A DNA stretch of 64,000 nucleotides, taken from Acidimicrobiia bacterium (GTDB lineage Bacteria > Actinomycetota > Acidimicrobiia > Spongiisociales > Spongiisociaceae). The DNA is taken from positions 1 through 64,000 of the forward strand of contig JBFGLM010000014.1 of NCBI GenBank assembly GCA_041576165.1, in the 5' to 3' direction. Position 1 is the first letter of the stretch. Every line of letters begins with the position of its first letter. The position numbers and the translations under genes were made by a program. Of the stretch, positions 29,831 to 39,635 are shown piece by piece. The notes below the pieces were generated by a model. That model ran no database searches. It saw nothing but the letters and a program-made list of their open reading frames with translations, and was not told where the DNA came from.

Positions 29831-30133
29831 ATGGCAACCACCCATGCGGCCGCCCTCGAGGTCCATCTGCGAGTTCCTGATGTCCAGTCGCTCAAACAGA
29901 AGCGACAGCGGCTGAAGTCGCTCGGTGCCGACATCCGCAAGGCGTTTCCGGTTGGCTTCGCCGAAACCGATCACCATGACTTGTGGCAGCGGGCCACCGT
30001 TGGGGTTGCCGTTGTGTCGTCCGATCACAGCCATCTCGACCGGATGATCTACTCGATCCGGCGCTACCTCGACGCCCGGCCCGAGATCGAAGTACTGCAG
30101 ATCGCCGTCGCATACATGGAGGACTTCAATTGA
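29831..30133 (+). CDS. DUF503 (YlxP) family protein
   Basis: SLKQKRQRLKS...DHHDLWQRATVG; position between infB and rbfA. Confidence 0.85.
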   Translation: MATTHAAALEVHLRVPDVQSLKQKRQRLKSLGADIRKAFPVGFAETDHHDLWQRATVGVAVVSSDHSHLDRMIYSIRRYLDARPEIEVLQIAVAYMEDFN

Positions 30134-30495
30134 GCCGCAGCGGTGTTCCCCGAATGCGCAAAGTGAACGAAACCCTCCGCCAGGTGATCGCAGATGAGTG
30201 TCAGAACTTGAAGGATCCCAGAATCGGCTTCCTCACGATCACCGGTGTCGAGACCGCTCCCGACCTGCGCCACGCCACCGTCTTCTACTCGGTGTTGGGC
30301 GGGGATCCCGAGGAAACCGCCGACGCCCTCCGCGCTGCGGCCCCCCGAATCCGCACGGCGGTTGGTTCCCAAGTCCGGCTGAAGTATCTCCCGGAGCTGG
30401 TGTTCCGCGTCGATCCCAGCATCGAACACGGTGCTCGTATCACATCGATTCTGAGAGGTTTGGATACACGCAACGACAAGGACGACCCCCAATGA
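30130..30495 (+). CDS. rbfA: Ribosome-binding factor A
   Basis: RMRKVNE, LKDPRIG, DLRHATVF, LKYLPELVFRVD. Confidence 0.95.
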   Translation: MSRSGVPRMRKVNETLRQVIADECQNLKDPRIGFLTITGVETAPDLRHATVFYSVLGGDPEETADALRAAAPRIRTAVGSQVRLKYLPELVFRVDPSIEHGARITSILRGLDTRNDKDDPQ

Positions 30496-31463
30496 CAGTA
30501 GGGCGTGAACTGCAACCAGACCTCGAAAAGGCGGCGGCGGCCATTGCCGAAGCGTCGTCGCTGGTCGTCACTTGCCACATCGGGCCTGACGGAGATGCGC
30601 TGGGTTCGGCGCTCGCACTCGCTCTGGCGGCCCGCAATGCCGGCAAGGAAGCGGTGGCTACGTTCGGTGGCCCCTTTGTGGTTCCGGACCATTTCGGGTT
30701 CCTGGATCTCTCGCCGTTGGTACGCCGCGGCGAAGCACCCTCTGCACCTGAGGTCCTCGTCAGCTTCGATTCGGGCTCTCTGGACCGGCTCGGGGAGGTC
30801 CAGGAGCTGGCTGAGGCGGCTGGCTGTGTGGTGGTGATCGATCATCACGCTTCCAACACTGGATTCGGTGACGTCAACGTCGTCGACCCGACGGCCGGTG
30901 CATCGGCGCAGCTGGGCTACTACCTCCTTCAGGAACTCGAGTGGCCGATCACGGCCTCGATCGCCACCGCGCTCCATGTGGGCTTGGTGACTGACACCGG
31001 GCGCTTTCAGTACTCGAACACCAGCCCGGAGGTATTGCGGGTGGGCGCGGCGCTGGTGGCGGCCGGCGCCCGGCCGGAGGTCATCGGACAGCATGTGTAC
31101 GAATCGGTTCCGTTTGGTTACCTGCAGGTGGCGGGATTGGTGTTGGGCCGGTCGGTGTTGGAGCCGGAGCTCCGATTCGTCTGGTCGGTTCTGCGGGCGG
31201 CAGACCTCGTCGAGCACGGGATCGGAATCGAAGACACCGATGGCCTCATCGATGCAGTCCGGGTGGCGCGCGAAGCCGACGTCGCTGCGCTCGCCAAAGA
31301 ACAGGACGACGGTGGGACCAAGGTCAGTCTGCGGTCGCGGGGACGGGTCGATGTTGCCGCCATCGCCGTGAGCCTGGGCGGTGGGGGTCACCACAACGCA
31401 GCTGGATTCAGTTACCCCGGCCAGCCGGAAGCTGCGATCGCCGAGGTGCGAGCGCTGCTGTGA
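30492..31463 (+). CDS. nrnA: DHH/DHHA1 oligoribonuclease / pAp phosphatase NrnA
   Basis: HIGPDGDALGS, IDHH, TDTGRF, SLRSR, GGGGHHNAAG. Confidence 0.92.
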   Translation: MTVGRELQPDLEKAAAAIAEASSLVVTCHIGPDGDALGSALALALAARNAGKEAVATFGGPFVVPDHFGFLDLSPLVRRGEAPSAPEVLVSFDSGSLDRLGEVQELAEAAGCVVVIDHHASNTGFGDVNVVDPTAGASAQLGYYLLQELEWPITASIATALHVGLVTDTGRFQYSNTSPEVLRVGAALVAAGARPEVIGQHVYESVPFGYLQVAGLVLGRSVLEPELRFVWSVLRAADLVEHGIGIEDTDGLIDAVRVAREADVAALAKEQDDGGTKVSLRSRGRVDVAAIAVSLGGGGHHNAAGFSYPGQPEAAIAEVRALL

Positions 31464-32329
31464 TCGACGGGTTCGTCCTCGTGGACAAGCCCGGAGCTTG
31501 GACCTCCCACGATGTGGTGGCCAAGGTTCGGCGCCTGGCCGGCCAGCGCAAGGTCGGGCACGCCGGGACCCTCGATCCGATGGCCACCGGGCTCGTCGTG
31601 GTTGGTTTGGGCCGATGCACGAGGCTGCTCCGGTTCGTGCAGGACCGGCCGAAGGTGTACGTAGCCCGGGCTCGGTTTGGTGTGGCCACCGACACCCTCG
31701 ATGCCGACGGGACTGAGACATGGCGGGCGCCGCTCCCGGTCACGCTGGCCGAGGTGCAGGCCGTCCTCGACGAGTTCCGCGGCGAGGTCACGCAGGTCCC
31801 GCCCATGGTCTCCGCGCTCAAACAAAGTGGCCGCCGCCTGCACGAACTGGCCCGCGAAGGCACAGTGGTTGAGCGCCCACCCCGGACCGTCACGATCGAA
31901 GAACTCCATGTGACCGACGTCTCCACCGGCGACTATCCGGAGGTGGCGTTCTGGGTTCGCTGTGGAAGCGGCACCTATATCCGTTCGCTGGCCGACGACA
32001 TCGCCCGGGCGTTGGGCGGCCGAGCTCATCTCACCGCGCTGCGTCGCACGGAGAACGGCGGTCATTCGGTGGAGTCGGCGGCCACGATCGCCGAGCTGGA
32101 GGCCGACTTCACCGCCACGGTCCTGTCTCCACGCGCCGGTCTTCCCGAGATGCAGGAGCTGGCCCTCGACGACCGGACTGTCGCGGCGGTGCGGAACGGC
32201 GCCGCTCTACCTATCGAGCCGGGCGGCGAGTTGGACGACGGCCCGGTCCGGCTCGTTTACGAGGGCCGGTTGGTCGCCGTCTACCGTAACGACGGCACAG
32301 ACCTCAAAGCGGAAGTCGTACTCACATGA
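31460..32329 (+). CDS. truB: tRNA pseudouridine(55) synthase
   Basis: DKPGAWTSHDVV, GHAGTLDPMATG, PPMVSALK, GTYIRSLA. Confidence 0.97.
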   Translation: MIDGFVLVDKPGAWTSHDVVAKVRRLAGQRKVGHAGTLDPMATGLVVVGLGRCTRLLRFVQDRPKVYVARARFGVATDTLDADGTETWRAPLPVTLAEVQAVLDEFRGEVTQVPPMVSALKQSGRRLHELAREGTVVERPPRTVTIEELHVTDVSTGDYPEVAFWVRCGSGTYIRSLADDIARALGGRAHLTALRRTENGGHSVESAATIAELEADFTATVLSPRAGLPEMQELALDDRTVAAVRNGAALPIEPGGELDDGPVRLVYEGRLVAVYRNDGTDLKAEVVLT

Positions 32330-33264
32330 AAGTCTGGCGTGGCGATCCTCTGACGTGGGGCCCGGCACCGCCGAGCGGCTCGGCGGTGACCATCGGTGTG
32401 TTCGACGGCGTGCACAGGGGCCATCAGGCTGTGCTCTTCGGCGTCGCCGCGCGGGCGGCGGAGCTCGGAGGGCTGGAGCAGGTTGTGCTCACCTTCGACC
32501 GCCATCCCCGCAGCGTGGTTGATCCAGCATCTGCTCCGGCGCTGCTGACATCGTTGGATCAGCGAATCGAGCTGCTCGAGGATCTCGAGATCGACGTGGT
32601 CGGCGTCCTCCCGTTCGAGCAGATCCGGGACAGTTCGCCCGACGATTTCGTCTCGAAAATCCTGGTCGGCGCATTCGGTGCCCGGCTGGTGGCGGTCGGC
32701 GCCGATTTCCGGTTCGGGCGGGGGCGCAGCGGAGACGTCGAATCTCTCCGGCAAGCGGGGACCGAATACGGTTTCGAGGTGGATGCAATCGATCTCAGCT
32801 CGGCCTCCGGTGTGCCGATTTCCTCGACGACGATCCGGTCTCGCGTCCGCCAGGGTGATGTGGGGGCAGCCGCTGATCTGCTCGGCCGCAACTTTGCGAT
32901 TGTCGGGACGGTCGTCATGGGCGATCAGCGGGGAAGGACCATCGGCTTTCCGACAGCCAACGTGATACCCGACCCGAGGTTCGTCGTACCGAAACGGGGG
33001 GTCTATGCGGCGTGGGTGTGGATCGACGATCGGCACTCGCCCCGTCATCCGGCGGTCGTCAACGTTGGAATCCGACCAACGTTCGGCGGAGACACCGAAG
33101 TAGTGGAAGCGCACCTCCTCGACTTCGAGGGAGACCTGTACGGGCAGCGGATCGGCATCGAAATGGTCTCACGCCTGCGGGATGAGCGGGTGTTCGACGG
33201 CGTCGAGTCGCTGGTCGCGCAGATCCGAGTGGACGCCGACACTGCGCGTTCGCTTCTGAGCTGA
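32326..33264 (+). CDS. ribF: Bifunctional riboflavin kinase / FAD synthetase
   Basis: IGVFDGVHRGH, ISSTTIR, GRTIGFPTAN, GIRPTF, EAHLLDF. Confidence 0.97.
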   Translation: MKVWRGDPLTWGPAPPSGSAVTIGVFDGVHRGHQAVLFGVAARAAELGGLEQVVLTFDRHPRSVVDPASAPALLTSLDQRIELLEDLEIDVVGVLPFEQIRDSSPDDFVSKILVGAFGARLVAVGADFRFGRGRSGDVESLRQAGTEYGFEVDAIDLSSASGVPISSTTIRSRVRQGDVGAAADLLGRNFAIVGTVVMGDQRGRTIGFPTANVIPDPRFVVPKRGVYAAWVWIDDRHSPRHPAVVNVGIRPTFGGDTEVVEAHLLDFEGDLYGQRIGIEMVSRLRDERVFDGVESLVAQIRVDADTARSLLS

Positions 33265-33314
33265 CGCGGCGAGTGGCAGGTGCCGCCGAGTTCGGCGACT
33301 ACGGGCGACGCTGC

Positions 33315-33462
33315 TACACTATCCCGCAGTTTCTGCGGCATCCCGCACAGCTCCACCTACTCGGTGTGATCGTGCCTGGAAAGCCGGCTGAGATTTTCGG
33401 GTAGAACACCCTTAACACCCGGTACTGCCAGTCTCAAAGAAAAGAACCGATCAGAGATACAC
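33315..33462 (+). promoter_or_regulatory. rpsO promoter and structured leader (probable S15 autoregulatory RNA)
   Basis: TACACT -10 at 33315; ~140-nt leader with tgaga/tctca and cgggt/acccg pairings. Confidence 0.45.
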
Positions 33463-33720
33463 ATGAAGACCACGCAAGAGATCATCGCCGAATATGGTCA
33501 ACACGACAGCGACACCGGCTCACCTGAGGTTCAGGTCGCTCTGCTGACCGAACGAATCAACCATTTGACCGACCACCTACGCGATCACAAGCACGACCAT
33601 CACAGTCGTCGCGGATTGCTGATGATGGTTGGTAAACGTCGGCGGTTGCTGAACTATCTCAATCGCCAAGACGTAGAACGTTATCGCAGCCTGATTTCCC
33701 GGCTGGGACTTCGTAGATAG
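33463..33720 (+). CDS. rpsO: 30S ribosomal protein S15
   Basis: [33 protein letters not shown]. Confidence 0.99.
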   Translation: MKTTQEIIAEYGQHDSDTGSPEVQVALLTERINHLTDHLRDHKHDHHSRRGLLMMVGKRRRLLNYLNRQDVERYRSLISRLGLRR

Positions 33721-33909
33721 GGTTGGAGGAAGCGGCTGCGGCCGCTCCTCGCCGTTCTGGTCCGCCAGGACGGCAACCGCGCACAGGGCGCGGATCGCCT
33801 CGGGCTGCTTGCGCGAGGCGGCGATATGGCTCCAGCGACGGAGCACGCTCCGGGATACCGGGGCCGAAGGAACGTCCCGCCGGTGCGGGACCACATGGGG
33901 GTCGATTCT

Positions 33910-33970
33910 GGCCAGTTGTCAGTTGCCATTCCTCGCCGACCGGGTGAGGAATGACCACTGGTAATTGGCC
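33910..33970 (+). promoter_or_regulatory. Long hairpin in pnp 5' UTR (probable RNase III autoregulation site)
   Basis: ggccagttgtcagttgccattcctc...gaggaatgaccactggtaattggcc imperfect stem just upstream of the pnp SD. Confidence 0.6.
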
Positions 33971-34000
33971 CGGCGGCTCCCCTGACAATGAGGAGACGAC

Positions 34001-36457
34001 GTGGCAGAGACCACGGTTCGCGGCCTGGTCGGAGATCGGGAGGTCGTGATTGGTGCCGGCAAACTGGCCGGCCTGGCCAATGGTGCCGTAACCATCAACA
34101 TCGGACAAACCGAAGTGCTGGTCACGGCGACCGCCAACGAATCGATCCGGGAAGGGATCGATTTCTTCCCGCTCACCGTAGACGTAGAAGAGCGGATGTA
34201 CGCTGCCGGGAAGATCCCCGGGTCATTCTTTCGCAGGGAAGGCAGGGCTACGGAGCGGGCCATACTGACCGCCCGGCTCATCGACCGTCCACTGCGCCCA
34301 TCGTTCCAGGACGGGTACCGCAACGACACCCACGTCGTGGCCACCGTGCTGTCTGTGGACCAGGAGAATCCTTATGACGTCATCGCCCTCAATGGTGCGT
34401 CTGCGGCGTTGTCCATCAGCGACATCCCCTTCGAGGGGCCGCTGGCAGCTGTCCGCCTGGGACTCATCGACGGGGAATGGAAGCCGTTCCCGACGTTTGA
34501 GGAACTGGAGGACGCCGTATTCGATCTGGTCGTTGCCGGTGGCCGCAACGAGGACGGTGAGATCGACATTTCCATGGTCGAGGCCGGGTCCACCGAGGAC
34601 GGTATCCGGCTGATCGAGGAGGGTCAGCCCCCCAGCGACGAAGCGGCGATAGTCCGCGGGCTCGAGGAGGCCAAGCCGTACATCAGCACCCTGATCGACC
34701 TGCAGCTCGAGCTGAAGAACCAGATCGGCAAACCCCGCGGCGACTGGCCCCTACAGGTGGACCACACCGACGATATCTACGCGAGGATCGAGGAGCTCGC
34801 CGTGCCGAAGCTCGGTGAGATGGCCGGGATCGCAGACAAGTCCGAGCGGGCCGACGCCGAGAACCGGATCCGTGACGAGGTCATGGAAGCCTTTGGCAGC
34901 GAAGACGAGGAAGAGCTGCGCCAAGCGTCCAGAGCATTCCGCACGGTGTCCAAGAAGCTGATGCGCGATCGGGTCGTGAATGAGGGTGTCCGCATCGACG
35001 GCCGCAGCTCGACCGACATCCGGTCGCTGTCGGCCGACGTGGGAGTGGTGCAGCGCGCCCACGGTTCTGGATTGTTCGAGCGGGGCGAAACCCAGGTGTT
35101 GAACATCACGACGCTCGGGATGCCGCGCATGGAGCAGATGCTTGACACGATTTCGAACGAAGAGTCGAAACGGTACATGCACCACTACAACTTCCCGCCA
35201 TTCAGCACCGGCGAGGCCGGCTTCATGCGGGGCCCCAAGCGGCGCGAGATCGGACACGGTGCTCTTGCCGAGAAGGCCGTCCACCCGGTGGTGCCCGATC
35301 AAGAGCATTTCAACTACACGCTCCGGCTGGTGTCCGAAGTGCTGACGTCCAACGGGTCCACCTCAATGGCGTCGGTGTGCGCGTCGACCCTGTCCCTGAT
35401 GGACGCAGGGGTCCCGATCATTGCCCCAGTGGCGGGGATCGCCATGGGCTTGATCGCCCAGGACGGCAAGTTCGTCACGCTGACCGACATCCTCGGTGCT
35501 GAGGATGCCCTTGGTGACATGGACTTCAAGGTGGCCGGCACGGCGGAGGTCATCACTGCCCTGCAGCTGGACACCAAGATCAAGGGCCTTCCCTCTGATG
35601 TGCTGGCGTCCGCCATGGACCAGGCCAAGGAGGCTCGGCTCAAGATCCTCGAAGTCATGCAGGAAACGATTCCGGAACCGCGGGCGGAGATGAATCCCTA
35701 CGCGCCCCGGCTCGAGTCGGTCGTCGTCCCGAAGGACAAGATCGGCGAGATCATCGGTCCCAAGGGAAAGGTCATTCGCGAACTGGAGGAGGAGACCGGC
35801 GCGACGATCGAGATCCAGGAGGACGGAACCGTCCTCATCGGGTCCGAAGACGGCGACCAGCTCGCCGCCGCCAAGGAACGGATCATGCAGATTGCGTTCC
35901 CACCCGAACCGGAGCTCGACGTCGAATACGAAGGGGAAGTGGTCAACGTCACCAAGTTCGGCGCATTCATAAACATCCTGCCCGGGCGGGACGGACTCCT
36001 CCATATCTCGAAGATGGATAAGGATCGTCGGGTCGATCGGGTCGAGGACTATCTGGATTTGGGTGATCCAGTCAAGGTGGTCGTGCGTGAAATCGACAAG
36101 ATGGGCAAGATCAACCTGGACCTGGCAGAACCCATCGAACCGAAACCCGGCGCGCTGGCCCGCTCCGAGAAAGGCAACGGCGACCGTGATCGGGACAGCC
36201 GGCCGCGGGGGGACGGCGGCCGCGACCGCGACCGCGGAAGGGGTCGCGACGGCGGCGATCGGGGTGGCCGACGCCGGGACGGAGGTGATCGTGCTCGAGG
36301 CCGCGGGGATCGCGACCGTGATCGGGACCGCGATAGGGACCGTGGCCGTGAGCGGGATCGTGACCGTGATCGGAGCAGTGATCGGGACCGGGACAGTGAG
36401 CGCAGTGGGCGTACGGTCGTTTCCTTTGAAGAGGAGTTCGAAAAGGGCATCGACTGA
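34001..36457 (+). CDS. pnp: Polyribonucleotide nucleotidyltransferase (PNPase) with RD-repeat tail
   Basis: DFFPLTVD, RLIDRPLRP, RREIGHG, SNGSTSMASVC, GDMDFKVAGT, KH and S1 domains. Confidence 0.99.
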   Translation: MAETTVRGLVGDREVVIGAGKLAGLANGAVTINIGQTEVLVTATANESIREGIDFFPLTVDVEERMYAAGKIPGSFFRREGRATERAILTARLIDRPLRPSFQDGYRNDTHVVATVLSVDQENPYDVIALNGASAALSISDIPFEGPLAAVRLGLIDGEWKPFPTFEELEDAVFDLVVAGGRNEDGEIDISMVEAGSTEDGIRLIEEGQPPSDEAAIVRGLEEAKPYISTLIDLQLELKNQIGKPRGDWPLQVDHTDDIYARIEELAVPKLGEMAGIADKSERADAENRIRDEVMEAFGSEDEEELRQASRAFRTVSKKLMRDRVVNEGVRIDGRSSTDIRSLSADVGVVQRAHGSGLFERGETQVLNITTLGMPRMEQMLDTISNEESKRYMHHYNFPPFSTGEAGFMRGPKRREIGHGALAEKAVHPVVPDQEHFNYTLRLVSEVLTSNGSTSMASVCASTLSLMDAGVPIIAPVAGIAMGLIAQDGKFVTLTDILGAEDALGDMDFKVAGTAEVITALQLDTKIKGLPSDVLASAMDQAKEARLKILEVMQETIPEPRAEMNPYAPRLESVVVPKDKIGEIIGPKGKVIRELEEETGATIEIQEDGTVLIGSEDGDQLAAAKERIMQIAFPPEPELDVEYEGEVVNVTKFGAFINILPGRDGLLHISKMDKDRRVDRVEDYLDLGDPVKVVVREIDKMGKINLDLAEPIEPKPGALARSEKGNGDRDRDSRPRGDGGRDRDRGRGRDGGDRGGRRRDGGDRARGRGDRDRDRDRDRDRGRERDRDRDRSSDRDRDSERSGRTVVSFEEEFEKGID

Positions 36458-36480
36458 CAACCGGCGTTGAACGAACCAAT

Positions 36481-36514
36481 GAGATGAGGGCCCGGCTGGC
36501 CCTCATCTCTTTTT
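36481..36514 (+). terminator. Rho-independent terminator after pnp
   Basis: gagatgagggcc-cggct-ggccctcatctc-ttttt. Confidence 0.8.
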
Positions 36515-36576
36515 CGGCGGTCGCCGGGCCGCGGCCCAGCTCGGCCCGGCCGGCGAGCCGATAAGCTCACCGGGCA

Positions 36577-37470
36577 ATGCCCGAGCTTCCCGACATCGTC
36601 GTTTACATCGAATCGATGGAGCGCCATTTCGGCGGTGACGTGCTCCACTCGGCCCGGGTACCCAGCATCTCCTTGCTGCGGACGTACGATCCGCCGCTCC
36701 ATCAGATGGAGGGACGCCGGGTAGAGGGGTTTCGCCGCATCGGCAAGAGGATCGTCTGGGACATGGGCGATGAGTATTTCATGGTTTTCCACCTCATGAT
36801 CGCCGGGCGGTTCCGGTGGGCGAAGAAGGGTATGGCCGTGCCCAAGAAGGTGGGCCATGCAGCATTCGATTTCTCTCACGGAACCCTGGTCCTGACCGAG
36901 CAGGGAACCAAGAAGCGGGCCTCGTTGTATGTGGTCCGCGGCGAGGAAGCGCTGGCCGAGCACGACCGGGGCGGGTTAGAGCCGCTCGAGGCATCAATGG
37001 AGGAATTCACCCGCGCCATCACGCGTGAGAACCGGACGCTGAAGCGGGCACTCACCGACCAGCACATCTTCAGTGGCATCGGCAACGCCTTCTCCGATGA
37101 GATCCTCCACCGGGCGCGGCTGTCGCCGGTCAAACGGACCGCCAGCCTCACCGAGGCCGAGCTCGAACGGCTGCACACCGCCACCCGGGAGTCACTCATC
37201 GAGTGGACCGAGCTGCTGCGCGACCAGGTCGGGGATGGGTTCCCCGACAAGGTGACGGCATTTCGACCGGAGATGGCGGTGCACGGCAAGTACGGCGAAC
37301 CATGCCCGGCATGTGGTGATCCGGTCCAGCGAATTGTCTATGCCGCGAACGAGACGAATTACTGCGCCACCTGCCAAACTGAAGGAAAGCTCCTGGCGGA
37401 TCGGTCGCTGTCCCGGCTACTGAAGGGCGACTGGCCCAAGACCCTCGAGGAGCTCGAAGAACGAGCGTGA
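36577..37470 (+). CDS. Fpg/Nei family DNA glycosylase
   Basis: N-terminal MPELP, HLMIAG, GIGNAFSDEIL (H2TH), CPAC...YCATCQ zinc finger. Confidence 0.92.
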   Translation: MPELPDIVVYIESMERHFGGDVLHSARVPSISLLRTYDPPLHQMEGRRVEGFRRIGKRIVWDMGDEYFMVFHLMIAGRFRWAKKGMAVPKKVGHAAFDFSHGTLVLTEQGTKKRASLYVVRGEEALAEHDRGGLEPLEASMEEFTRAITRENRTLKRALTDQHIFSGIGNAFSDEILHRARLSPVKRTASLTEAELERLHTATRESLIEWTELLRDQVGDGFPDKVTAFRPEMAVHGKYGEPCPACGDPVQRIVYAANETNYCATCQTEGKLLADRSLSRLLKGDWPKTLEELEERA

Positions 37471-37634
37471 GCACGGCGCGTTTCCGACGGGCTCCACTTC
37501 TCGAGCCGGCCTGAATTCGGTCAGCGCTGCCGAGGGCGTCGCCGATAGACATATGAGAAATCTCCCCCACTGCCCGTTGAATCCGACGGTGTCGCGGCGT
37601 CTTCACCTCTGCAATCAACGCCAGGAGGTGCATC

Positions 37635-38174
37635 ATGGCTCGGAACATGCGGTGGATCATCACGCTCACGCTGGCGCTCGTGCTGGCGCTACCGTCGATC
37701 GCGTATGCCAGCCAGACCGCAGACGGTGATGGAGCCGAAGAAGATGCCGCGGTAGACCGGGAGGTCGATCATGCAACCTATGAGGCTGCTGATCGCGTCT
37801 CGGACCGGGCATCAGATCATGCATCGGTCACCGACCACGCGAGCGACGCGGTCAGCGACCACGCACGGGATGTGGTCACCGACCCGGTAGCAGATCAGGT
37901 CGCAGATCGCGAGACCGATGCGGTCACGGATCGGGTAACAGATCAGGTCACGGACCGGGAAGCGGACCGGGTGACCGATCACGAACGCGACCGGGTCACC
38001 GACCACCGGCCCGATCGGCGGTGTGCCGACCACCGCGATGACCACGACCATCGAGGCTGCGATCACGACCACCCGACGGATCGAGTCAACGTCCGCAAGC
38101 TCATCTACCGACTGATCCAGGCTCACGAGTGGCAGAAGTTGTTCCGGCTTCTCCACGCGCTCGGCCTCGTCTGA
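37635..38174 (+). CDS. Secreted protein with Asp-periodic tetrapeptide repeats and His-rich end
   Basis: AGGAGG SD, signal peptide ending AYA, about 20 D-x-x-x units (DRVT/DHAS/DQVA), DHRDDHDHRGCDHDH. Confidence 0.75.
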   Translation: MARNMRWIITLTLALVLALPSIAYASQTADGDGAEEDAAVDREVDHATYEAADRVSDRASDHASVTDHASDAVSDHARDVVTDPVADQVADRETDAVTDRVTDQVTDREADRVTDHERDRVTDHRPDRRCADHRDDHDHRGCDHDHPTDRVNVRKLIYRLIQAHEWQKLFRLLHALGLV

Positions 38175-38183
38175 GAATCGGAT

Positions 38184-38744
38184 TTGGGGGTACCCGGACG
38201 CGACCTCGACGAGTGGGCCGACGGAATCCGTCGGCGGTCTGAGGATGCGTTTCGGGCCGTGTACGCCGTGGTGGCGGACGACCTGGCGTCGTTCGCCACC
38301 GGCATGCTCCGGGACCGTCGGGCGGCTGAGGATGTTGTCCAGCAGGCGTTTCTCGAGCTCGTCTCCGCCGCGCCCAAGTTCCGGGGCGACGGGAGGGCGC
38401 TGCGGGCATGGCTCTTCAAGAGTGTGCGGTTTGGCTGCCTGGACGAGATACGGCGCCGCAGCCGCCGGCCGGAAACGCCGACCGATGATCTGCCCGAGCA
38501 GGCAGTGGTTCCCCTGCCGGGGCGGGACGACCACCCCGAGCTGTATGCGGCGCTCGAGACGCTATCCGAGCGTCAGCGGGCTCTTGTGCTTCTCCGCCAC
38601 GTTTCGGGCCTGTCGGGCGAGGAGATCGGCAAGGTCATGGGTATGAGGAGGCCGGCCGTATACGCCGCGCTGGCACGGGCCGAACGGCGGCTGCGGGGGA
38701 CGCTGGACGCCGGCTCCGACGAGATGCGAAGGGAAACAGCATGA
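38184..38744 (+). CDS. ECF RNA polymerase sigma factor
   Basis: AEDVVQQAFL...LRAWLF (region 2), LSERQRALVLLRH..GLSGEEIG..MG (region 4). Confidence 0.9.
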   Translation: MGVPGRDLDEWADGIRRRSEDAFRAVYAVVADDLASFATGMLRDRRAAEDVVQQAFLELVSAAPKFRGDGRALRAWLFKSVRFGCLDEIRRRSRRPETPTDDLPEQAVVPLPGRDDHPELYAALETLSERQRALVLLRHVSGLSGEEIGKVMGMRRPAVYAALARAERRLRGTLDAGSDEMRRETA

Positions 38745-39580
38745 GCACTGACAGCTTTCCGGAGCTGAGCGTTCTCCGCCTTGCCCTGGCTCCGCAGACG
38801 CGCGACCGGCACCTTGCCGAGGTGGTTAGCGCCATCCGGTCGGCACCTCACCGTCGCTCCGGTTTCCGGTTGAGCTGGCGGCGCTGGGTGGCGTCGGCCG
38901 CAGCAGCAGGCGCTCTGCTCACACCCGCGGCCGCGATCGCCGCCGACGGCGCTCTACCGGGGGACGCTCTGTACCCGATCAAGCGTCTCCTGGAGCCGGT
39001 TGTGCGACTCGTCGACCGCGATGTGATTGCGGAGCACCGTGTCGAGGAGCTGGAAGTGCTCATCGCCAGGGACGGCTCTTCGGACATCGTCACCGATCTT
39101 CTGATCGACGCCCGGGCGGCGGTCGGAGCCGTCGACGTTCCTGAGCTGCGGGACCGCCTCGCCGCAATCGAGGAGGTGATCGATCAGCGGACGACCGATC
39201 GAATCCCCGCCAGCACCGACCGGCCGAGGGTCGATACGCCGCCGGTCGATCCGCCTGTTACTACTTCGGCCCCAGCCGACGCCGGTCACCCGACCGACGG
39301 TCACGCGCCGGCGCCCGCGCCCGACCTTGAGCACCGAGACAGTGTCGCTCCGCCCGAAGACAGTCCCCCCGCGGTAGATGCTCCGTCGGTCACGACCGCC
39401 GTCCTGCGCGATGGCACCACCCATCGCGACGGTCTTGGTGGCGAGGCGGCCGACGTCGACTCGGCGCCGGCTGAGCAGCCGGTGATCGATGAGCCGGCGC
39501 ACGACGCGCCGCCGGAATCAGGCGATACGCGCGAGACCGATGCCCCCACGGTCGACGGGGAGGGCGACCGGGCACCATGA
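38741..39580 (+). CDS. Probable membrane-bound anti-sigma factor (DUF5667-like) with acidic Pro/Thr tail
   Basis: ATGA overlap with ECF gene; hydrophobic segment followed by ALPGDALYPIKRLLE. Confidence 0.7.
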   Translation: MSTDSFPELSVLRLALAPQTRDRHLAEVVSAIRSAPHRRSGFRLSWRRWVASAAAAGALLTPAAAIAADGALPGDALYPIKRLLEPVVRLVDRDVIAEHRVEELEVLIARDGSSDIVTDLLIDARAAVGAVDVPELRDRLAAIEEVIDQRTTDRIPASTDRPRVDTPPVDPPVTTSAPADAGHPTDGHAPAPAPDLEHRDSVAPPEDSPPAVDAPSVTTAVLRDGTTHRDGLGGEAADVDSAPAEQPVIDEPAHDAPPESGDTRETDAPTVDGEGDRAP

Positions 39581-39585
39581 CGCGT

Positions 39586-39619
39586 CGAAGGGGTGCCCCG
39601 TCCCGGGGGCACCCCTTCG
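39586..39619. terminator. GC-rich hairpin between convergent genes
   Basis: cgaaggggtgcccc-N6-ggggcaccccttcg, 14-bp perfect stem. Confidence 0.7.
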
Positions 39620-39635
39620 GGAACTCCAGGACCGC

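Noticed and set aside
36180-36400. Short repeats in pnp 3' end, infB, nusA and 37790-38080 as CRISPR-like arrays
   Set aside because: In-frame coding low-complexity repeats without unique spacers; no cas genes.
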